Source of the DNA: the human T2T-CHM13v2.0 reference genome, Homo sapiens
Length of the DNA: 64,000 nucleotides
Direction: 5' to 3' (one strand)
Assembly: GCF_009914755.1 (NCBI RefSeq)
Contig: NC_060929.1
A program made the position numbers and the translations under genes. Below the pieces are notes generated by a model that had not been told where the DNA came from, did not search any database, and saw nothing but the letters and a program-made list of their open reading frames with translations. This document shows positions 54,448-64,000 of this stretch, one piece after another. Position 1 is the first letter of the stretch. Every line of letters starts with the position of its first letter.

Positions 54448-55096
54448 ATAAGTAAGACTGTATCTCAAGTTTTCTCTTCTAAGCAAATGCACAGTAGATT
54501 TATGGCCTGTCGATGAATGACAAAGGTATATAGAAGTATTGGCTTTCCTTGTTGAAGAAAAAGGTTTTAGTTGGTTATATATTGCTGACTGAACCTTCTT
54601 ATACTTTCAGGCATGTAAGATTTAAACTGATCCCATGCCTTTTCAAATTGCTTGCGTAGATATTTTTGTATGCAGAGAATATTTTAATGAAAATATCTAA
54701 TTCAGGAACAGTTTTCTCAAAGCTGGAATTTCTTTACACTCTTTCATTTACTGGACAAGAGTAAACACAATGTAGATATCTCTTCACTGGTCTGTTCTGA
54801 TTGCTCGAGTATCTCCTGGACTGGCCTTAGCAGTAAATAGATCAGTGAAGTACTGACAGGGCACCGAGGCTTGATCATATACCAACACATCCCTGTGCCT
54901 GTCATTCCTTAGAGCTTTAAAGGCTTTGCCGTTTTGGAGTTGCCTTTTAAAAATGCATATTCACCTGGGAGAGGACACACCTGAAATTTTTATTATTTGA
55001 CATCTTAGCAAGAACTTGCCAAAAATAGACCCTGCTTGGGAAAAGGGAGATGGAAGGGATGGTGTGAGAGAAGAAATGAGTTAGAGCCCCAATTTT

Positions 55097-55394
<298 letters not shown>

Positions 55395-57619
55395 TAGAGC
55401 CCCAATTTTATAGTCCAGTGTCAATTCTGTCCAAAATTTTACCAAAACCATGACTCCTGAAAGGTATGCATATATTTACTCCTTATTCTAAGAGCATCAT
55501 AAATTTGAGGATGAAATGTATTTTGGAACAGACTTCAATAAATGTGTTCAATTCCAGTTTGTGTCACTATTAAAGTTGCCCTTAGGCCTCAAATAGATTT
55601 TGTGTGCGTGTCTACATTTTCACCCATTACATCCCAGAGATGACGGGTGCAACAATGAGAAGAGAGGAAGATAACTGATTAATTATTCTCTTTGTCGCTA
55701 GCCTATGCTTATTCTTCTGGTTGGTCAAACCGCTAGGCTCCCCTCTGACACTAAACAGCTCATGTTTCAAGAATATTTAAGAAAATTGTACAACTTTCTT
55801 TTTCATTCTGTCGTGGAAATGCCTGGCTCTAATGTTCTGGAGAAACTTGACACAAATAATAAACAAAAAAGAAGGGTCTACAGAAAAGATCACCTGATAA
55901 ACCTCCAGATCTGCTTGCCTATGCCCTCTTCTCCTTCCAATCTGGAAATGCCTGAATTATACCTTCGTGGGCAGTGAACAATTTATACTTTGAGGAAGGG
56001 GAGATGAGGATCTGTTTGATATTTGCTGAAGTTAGTCAATTAACACGTTGAGGTGGTAGCAGATGCTATTCCCTGGAAGACATATTGACCTTTGATTTTT
56101 AAAGAAACCAGCCTTTAAAGTTTCAGATAATTGTGTCTGAGATAATTCACAGCTAGTCTGGGGCTCTTGCTTGTTTCGTTGACAGTAAGCCGTATTTGAA
56201 CTCATCCCCAGATGTACAAAGTCTATTCATTGACTCAATAAGTCACTAATTTTCTTTAAAGTTTCATTAAAAGCAGAGACATTACTAAAGAGCTTGTATT
56301 AGTCACAATTTGATCAAGGTTCAGTTAGATATTTGAGGCAAGAATTGATAATATAACCAATGATGTCAAAAAAGGGAGGCTAATACAGCTATGTATTCTT
56401 CAATGTTCAGGTCCAACAGAAATTGAAAAATGTGACAGAGTTGTTGGAATGTCATCCAGTTGGCTGCTGTAACATGCTGTAGAAAGGATGGATATTAAAT
56501 TATTGAAGATAATATGATAGTTTGTGTAAGCTCTCATGTTTTCCCTGTCTCCACCTCCTTTCCCTGTCCTCATATCTGCTATACCATTCTCTGCTCTCAC
56601 CCCTTTCTTGTAAATAGCACATCTGCTCAAGATATAGAGTTTATTTTGAAGGACACAGGTAATTCAAAAGCTATTTATGTTCAGATATTACTTACCTAAT
56701 TTACATAGCCCAGCAACAATCAAATACTAGCATGGCAGAATCTAAAATAGTTTGGTCCAGCTTATTAAGTTGTTATGATGCACATTACAGGCTCATTTGC
56801 TGTAATTAATTAGTGGAGAGAGGATAGAGCCTCCGCCTTAATTGCTTCTATCTAACAAATGTTTTCGAGGAGATTTCATTTATTGAGAAGAGCACAACTG
56901 AGAAGAATACCCGTGTTAAAAGCTCCTGTTGCTCTTCCTTCACTTTACATCCTTTTTCCAAAAGCTATTATTTAAAATACAAATTTTAATCTCTAAGTAG
57001 AAGCATATATTGTGATTCTTAGCCAGTGGTCTTCTTCGTGAAACTGATGTTTCCTAACCCACCATGTTTACATGCAGTGTTTTTCTCCCAGTGGTTGCTG
57101 GTAGATCTTTGTGCTTTAACTCTCAAATCCTTAGAGTGTTTCAACGATAGATTTGGGAGGAATGATAGGGCCTGATTTTCTCCCTCTCCTTGTCAAGCCA
57201 CCAGCGCAGAATAAGATGACAAGAATAATTTTGCAGAGTCAAAATAGCCATATAAAAACCCATAGTAAAAATGTACAATATGTTGATATTGGGCCTCTGA
57301 ACTAGCATTATTATATTTTATGGATATTCATATTTTACATGTCAACATACAAACAGCAATAAGTCTTTAAACTTTTTTAAAGCTCTTAATGGTTTCCAAC
57401 GTGGCTTTTTACATATGTTATTTTATTTGGTCATCTTTCAAACACTGAAGCAGGCTGGGGCAAAATGTTATTACCTTTCACTTACAAAGAAAAGAACTGA
57501 GATTGAAGATGGTAAAAAAATGTGTTCTAGAGGACATAACTGTCTGTAGCAGAGATCAGAAACAAGCTTGGCCTCCAAATGGTCAGCCAAACATATTCCT
57601 GTACTCTACTATTGCTGAA

Positions 57620-58880
57620 TATTTTTAACATACAGAAAATAAGTGTAACAGATACTCGTGTATCCACCTCCTTAGATTTAACATGTTAGCCTTTTGTCTA
57701 TTTGCTTCAGATCATTTTTGTTTGGGTAATTGTAAGGAAGTATTATGAATGCATCTAATATTATCCTTTTCCCATCTGTTTCCCATCCCTCATGCCCATC
57801 CTTGGGAATCACCACTCTTCTGAATTTGCTGATAGCATTTTTATGAAGGTTTTCATGCTTTTGTTCTATGTATGTATGTTCATGAGCATATATATTATTT
57901 TGTGCTTTGAAAGTTTACATAGATGGAATCATATGTACCATTTTGCAACTTTAGATTGGTCCTGTCTCTTCAGTAGTATGCTTCTGAGATTTATCCATGA
58001 AGATCTAATTCATTCATTTCAACAGCTGCGTAGTATTCCATTGTATAAATAAACTACCATTTATTCATCCATTCCTTTCTTATGAACATTTAGGTTATTT
58101 TCCATTTTCCCCTGTTTCAAAACAGTGCAGTAAAAATCGTCTTTGTAGTTCTTCTTGGCCACAGGGACAAATTTTTTTCTAGGCCTGAAGGACATGTCTA
58201 GAAGTATAATTAATGTGCTATGCACATTTTTCAGTTTTTCTGGGGAGTGCCATATTACTCTCCAAAGTAGTTGTACTAATTTGTTCTTCCACAAGCAATG
58301 TCTAAATTCCATTTCCCCACTTTCTTTCCAGCCATTGGTGTCCTCAGCTTTTATATTGGTTTTTTTTTCCTGTGATTTCATTAGTGTGTGATGACTTCTA
58401 CTTGTTTTAATTTGATCACTAGTCAGTTTGCCTATCTTTTATATGCTTATTGGTCACTGAGATCTCATCTTCTGCAAATTAGCTGATTATATTATTTCAT
58501 TGCTTATTTTTTCTATTAAACATGGCAAATAAGGATGACTAAATAAATATTCTCAAGTTTGTCTAAAAAAATTTTAAAAACCAAAGGTAGTGGGTGGGTG
58601 GGGATCGGAGAAGCTGTTAAGAATCCAGAAGTAAAATTCTAGATAATATCAGTGTGGAGAAGAGAGGAGTAGAAACTAAAGGGATGTGAGTGTGTGCTAA
58701 AAATATAGTCTCAAAATATACAAAACATCATCATTAAGTAAGGTTTTTTTTTTTCCCACCAGAAGTATATGAATGGTCAACATTAGAAAATCTCAATGAA
58801 TTTCAATGTATTTATAGTCTTAAACATTTAAAAAAATTGTATGTTCATTTCAATTGATACAGGAAAATGATTTGATAATA
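57620..58880. mobile_element. Ancient L1M fragments (antisense to ~58520, then sense)
   Basis: ctgcgtagtattccattgtataaat...acatttaggttatttt; tcaattgatacaggaaaatgatttgataa. Confidence 0.7.
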
Positions 58881-59051
58881 GCAGCCAGCAGGCCATGAGT
58901 GTGGTGGTGGTGGGCAGGTAATGTAATAAGAAATTAACCATCCCCCTTCTCTGAAGGCTGGTGACCTTCCTGCTTACAGCTGTACCTTAACTGGAGGGTG
59001 GGGAGTCTTAATTTTGAATTAAAATAGAGTTTTTTTTTTTCAATTTTGTTT

Positions 59052-59490
59052 TGTCTTAGATTGGGTTTTCTAGAAGCAGAGTCTGAGAGTGGGATTTAGG
59101 GGAGAACAAAATTTTAAGGAATGCTCTTCAGAAAAAGTCAGTAAGGTTAGGGATGAAGAAGAAGAAGCCAAGCAAGTATGTGATTTCAGGAGACATCTAG
59201 CCTTCCCTCATCTGTGGGGGAGTGGTTTGTATGTAAGTTGCACAGCAGACTGTTCCTCCTAGAACCACAGGCTGGCCTTTTGTCCCTTTGTAATCAGTCT
59301 TTGATGTGTGTGTGTGGTGAGGGGGTCAAGATTTACCAGGCAGGATGGTACCTGCCAGCTAATGGCAGTTCTGAGAGAACACTCCGGAAACCATGCCTAG
59401 GTAATCTTCACAGCAACTGAGAGATGGGTGTACCTGCCTGGTAAATGGAATGGGGAATGGGGTGGAGAACATGGTAGCTTCTGCCACACT
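59052..59490. mobile_element. Old ERVL-class LTR remnant
   Basis: tgtcttagattgggttttctagaagcagagtctgagag...cagcaactgagagatgggtg...ttctgccaca. Confidence 0.6.
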
Positions 59491-59731
59491 GGTTCATACA
59501 TGCAGCTGGAATTTCTAGTATCTGAATTAAGGATTATATTTTACAACTTAAAGTGATCATAGGATTTTGTATATCCTAGGTATGCTTAGAAAAAGCATGG
59601 GATTGCTTATTTCCATCCAGGGGAAGAGGAAGATGTCCCCTGCCTACGAAAGACAGCAGAAGATAGAAAACAAAAGCAAAATGGCTTTTTGTGATTACAC
59701 CTCTTGAGTCCTGCATGCTCAATATACCACT

Positions 59732-59872
59732 TGTGTATACACACACACATGCATATACACATACACTGTGCATGTATGCACATGCATTCATATTTCATCA
59801 TGTATCATGCCACACACATGCAGTTACATGCATGTATATATACATATGCATAAATACATGCATCCACATATT
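59732..59872 (+). repeat. Alternating purine-pyrimidine (CA/TA/TG) low-complexity tract
   Basis: tgtgtatacacacacacatgcatatacacatacactgtgcatgtatgcacatgc... Confidence 0.8.
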
Positions 59873-61514
59873 TCATCTACTATCTCTCATCATATCCTAT
59901 AGCTTAAAAAATGTTGTAGTCTTATAATGACCATATAAGCAGCCACTGTTAGCACCATTATGTATAAACATTAAAATCTGTACAGCTATTAATGCTATAT
60001 CAGAAGGATGGATGATACTCATATTTTCTTGTCAGCATTCTATTTCTTTGAATTAGAGAAAGCTGAAAAGAGAGTATTTCTTTTTCTGCCAAATATCTGG
60101 AAACACTTGGTCTCTCGGGTGGACTTCCAGCCAAATGAGGATCTCTGCAGGAATGGAAGAAATCACACACTCTGCTCCAGGAGCCTCTGTTTGCCAGGTC
60201 ACATTGCTTTACTCTGGATTTCTACCATTTGATCGAAGGTCAGTCCAGAGACTTGAGGCCCACTGTGGTGCTGCAGATGGCCCAGTCTTGCCAGGGAAAT
60301 GTGTCCCCTTGTGTTTTTGCCAGCTGCGGATCTGAAGATGAGATGTTTGCATCTCTAACACCTCACTTTTTGTGCCAAACCAGGCCTGCACTGCAAGGAA
60401 TCCCCCTGCCAATTTTCCTTTATTAAAAAGATACTCCTTTCCATGCCCAAGAATAATATTATGGAAAAGGATAACCATTTAGCTATGTTTGACCATGGTC
60501 CTAAGGAATTCAGCAGGATCCCACAGAATTCCAAACAACGTATTTTTTAATTCACAAGCAAAGGATGAAAGGCACATTAATAGACATGATAAGAACAGAA
60601 GATGGGTAATTCTTCTAGAAGGCTTTACAGTGTCACTAGAGCACCATGTATCAATGTTCTGATTAATGTTCTTATACCACAGCTATACATGGTATACTTG
60701 CATTATATTTTGAGTAATAATAAAATATGCTTCTTGAGAAGTTATAAAAACTGAGCTGACCATTAAGGATTTGGCATCTTATTTTGCTGTATGGGAAGAC
60801 ATTTAGCATGTGGTTTCACACCCAGCCTGTAGGAGTTCATCCAAGTTCAGTGGTCCTAGACACAGTCAACATCCTCTTCTTTTAGAGTTCAGATAGCCCC
60901 ACTAACATTCAGAATCTCCAAGCACACACTGCACCATTTTTTTAAAGCACATCCTTTAGCGCCAGACAACAGGCAAACACTAATGAAGTTCCAGGTAGAG
61001 GCATGTTTATTTGTTTTCTGTGGTTCAGAAACCATTTCCGTTTGCTTGAATAACACATTGTCTAAAAGCAATTTCCTTTCTGTCTCCATGGCTCCTTGAA
61101 ATGGTAAATTATTAAAATAATCAGGCCTACTGGTGCCATAATGAACAAGAGGTGATCTCGTATTGGAGGCACTAAGCAGAGAAAAAGATTTTTTAAATTA
61201 CCGTAAATTCATTCTCTGGTACTCAACGTTGTGGTTTTTGTTGCTGTTTGGTAGTTCCTAATTCCACTCCCCCAGTCCCCACACACACACTCCTTGGTTC
61301 CAATATTGCATTATAAAGATGATTCATATTAGGATAAAGTTTTGTCTCTCAGCCTACATCACTTCTCAGGACAGGTAATGAGTAAGAAGAGAACAATGAA
61401 ATGACTAACAATGAAGTAGAATTCACAAACAAAACTGAATGAAGTTGCTTGAAAAGAAAATTTTGCTTATAGGTAAGTCTCTGTACGGAGAGAGCCAATG
61501 CATCCAGATTCAAC

Positions 61515-61715
61515 TGCTAATCAGAAAATCTGGGTTTTGGCCCCTGCTCTGACACCAACATGACTTTGGGTAAGACCCATACCCACACTAAGCCTCAGTT
61601 TCCACTTCTGTAAAATGGTAACACTAGTTACTCACTTTGCTTATTTAAGTATCAAATGAGATAATGTATGTGAAAATACTTCATGAACTATGAACCACTT
61701 TACTAATATAAAATA
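61515..61715 (+). mobile_element. MIR
   Basis: tctgggttttggcccctgctctgacacc...aagcctcagtttccacttctgtaaaatgg...atcaaatgagataatgtatgtgaaa. Confidence 0.8.
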
Positions 61716-62174
61716 CCAGTAGAACAGAACATGTGTTAAAGGTAGAGGTAAGATTTTTTTTTTTTTCTTAACTGTTGTCCTTTTGTATGTATTCACACTA
61801 ACACTAAGCCCCTGTTACCTCAATTCCTACTCCTAACTGGTCTCTGCGATTCCATTCCACCCTTCAAAATCCTTTCAGTCCCTCCTGTACTTTGAAGCCA
61901 GGTGAATCTTCCTGAATTATTAATTTCCAGGGAAATGTCTTGCAAGCCTGTGGAGCTCCATGTGGTGTTTAAAATAATAGAAACAATATGCCCATGGCAA
62001 AGGAATAATGTGGATGATAATGTAATCCAGATGTCAGTTTAGACCTCTCTGTCTCTTGAGAATCTGGAGATATCAAGATACATTGATTCTGACTCCCAAT
62101 TCTAGAGCCCATAATTGGTCAAAATAATGTCATATGCATTATTGAGAGCAATACTTCCTCATGGTTGCTGATTC

Positions 62175-63230
62175 ATCTGGACTTTTATTGTTGTTGTTGC
62201 AAATGACAGAAACTCAAGTTTTAACATCCTAAGCAACAAGTAAATAGGCTGGCTTATTTAACTGAAAAACTCAAAAGGTAGCATGACTTTAGGCGTGACT
62301 AGATCCGGTGACTCAAATTATATTAACAGAATTCTTTTTGTTTTTGCTCTGCCTTTCTCTGAGTTGTCTTCATGCTCAGGCAGTGTCTCTGTGTGTGGTG
62401 AACAGTTGATGAAGGCAATGAATTAACCAAGATTAATCAGCAGTTAATTACAGCTGCAAGTAACAGGAAAAATGCTAAGTGGCTTAAACAAGATAGTTTA
62501 TTTCTCTCTCACATAAGGGTCTAGTTGTAAGCAATTCACGGCAAGTAAGACAATTATGTCCCCCAGAAGACTTCAGCTGCTTATCATTACAGTTTTCTGC
62601 CTTGCCATCCCTGGTTCACAATGGAGCTCCGGCCATGATGTCCATGTCCCAAGCAGCAGATGCGCGAGGAGAGAAGTAATGATGAAGGGTACAAAGCAAC
62701 TGTTTCTTAAAAAAGGTATCTGAAAGCTCTCACATGACATTTTCACTTACATGGCATTGATGTGGCCATATGTAGCTACATTTTCCAAGGAAGGCTGGAA
62801 AATGTAGGCTTTTATTCTACGTATTGTGTAAGACCATTTGCCTAGCTGAAACTTTATTATTGTGAAAAAAAGAGGGAACAGATATTGGAGAACAATTAAC
62901 ATCTTCTGCTAGTAGAAATTCTATTAGCTTTATCAACTCCATGGAGAGAGCATCTTCTCAGGTCCTGTAAAAAACTCCTGGCAACGCTCTTATAGGCTCC
63001 ACTTGAGTCCTATGTCCATTGTTGAACGATCACTTTCTGGGGTGGTTTGACCAGACCTAGCATGTGCTCACCCCCGTGGTGGTGATGAGGGTAGAGCCGG
63101 AAAGGTAACATACGCACCACATGGGATGGATTCCTCCAGGAGAAAAGCTATGTGTGTGTTGGCGGGGTGGGGGTGGGGTGTCTAATACCAGACAAAGGAG
63201 GCAGGGAAGCTGGATTGCTATAAATAACAG
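62175..63230 (-). mobile_element. Nested MLT1J/K/L-like LTR relics
   Basis: ttgcaaatgacagaaactcaa; cagctgcaagtaacagg...ggcttaaacaagatag; ggaaggctggaaaatgtagg; ggctccacttgagtcctatgtcc. Confidence 0.65.
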
Positions 63231-63839
63231 ACGTCCACCACAGCTTCTCTGTCTCCAGCTTCAGCATGAGAACATTCTGTTTTATCCTGTGTCAACTGAG
63301 AGGCAAAATTCAGTTCCTTCGCTGAGTGAAAAAAATCTACTTCCGCTATCATTTCTGTACAAAATGGTCAGAGGAACATCTTTCCACATATGTCTAAGTA
63401 TGACAAAAACCTTAATATTAGCTAGGCAATGAGATGTGAACATTGTATTAATGGAACAAATCCTTGGAGTTGTGCAGTGCATAACCTAAACAACCTTATG
63501 AGGCATCCCTGGATACTGTCGTCAGAAATTTTATCCAAGTATCAATCACCAACTGGTATAGCACTAGGAAGGGTTTTTATTTTTTATGACTCTTGTAGGT
63601 AAATATTCATAAACACCATAATTTTACCACTTATTGTATTTTAAAACACTTTTAAGTTGTCACCTATTAAAGACTAACAGTGAAAACTCCAACTTTTGTC
63701 ATTGTGGGGTTATCATAATTTTAAGAATAATTGCTAAATCAGCCATTCTAAAAAAATATGCTGATTTTATCAAGTTAGTGCTTTCCAACCTTGGCTGCAA
63801 CTTAGAATCACCTGAGGGTTCATAGAAAAAAAATTTGTT

Positions 63840-64000
63840 GGCCGGGCGCGGTGGCTCACGCTTGTAATCCCAGCACTTTGGGAGGCCGAGGCGGGCGGAT
63901 CACGAGGTCAGGAGATCGAGACCATCCTGGCTAACACGGTGAAACCCTGTCTCTACTAAAAATACAAAAAAATTAGCCGGGCGTGATGGCGGGCGCCTGT
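63840..64000 (+). mobile_element. Young AluY, cut by the window end, inserted in a MER5-like element
   Basis: ggccgggcgcggtggctcacgcttgtaatcc...ggatcacgaggtcaggagatcgagaccatcctggctaacacgg; nearly all CpGs intact. Confidence 0.96.

Noticed and set aside
54583-54620. 4-nt microexon (tttcAG|GCAT|GTAAGA)
   Set aside because: It would shift the frame and has no independent support; likely chance.

Overview
This is primate, very probably human, nuclear DNA: AT-rich, CpG-depleted, with no CpG island and no recognisable host protein-coding exon, RNA gene or prokaryotic feature. It reads as an intergenic or large-intron interval with heavy transposon content. There are nine Alu/monomer elements, several L1s, MaLR/ERVL solo LTRs (MLT1, MLT2, THE1, LTR47-like), DNA transposons (MER3, MER5, MER53, Tigger3a), MIR/L2/CR1 relics and microsatellites. 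One L1 is a degraded near-full-length ~6.9 kb old element carrying three nested inserts. The informative ORFs in the track are L1 remnants, and the rest are Alu, microsatellite or chance ORFs. I found no evidence for a new multi-gene biological system. The best sequence-supported observations are mechanistic: (1) a young L1PA insertion carrying a ~300 bp 3' transduction that splits an AluJ, with a perfect 15-bp TSD; (2) a ~47 bp micro-inversion and a fold-back 5' junction in an old L1; (3) a duplicated ~42-bp unique segment bracketing an irregular AGGTACA array; (4) an Alu-tail (GAA)21 repeat. Repeat subfamily names come from recalled consensus sequences, and boundaries of old repeats are approximate.
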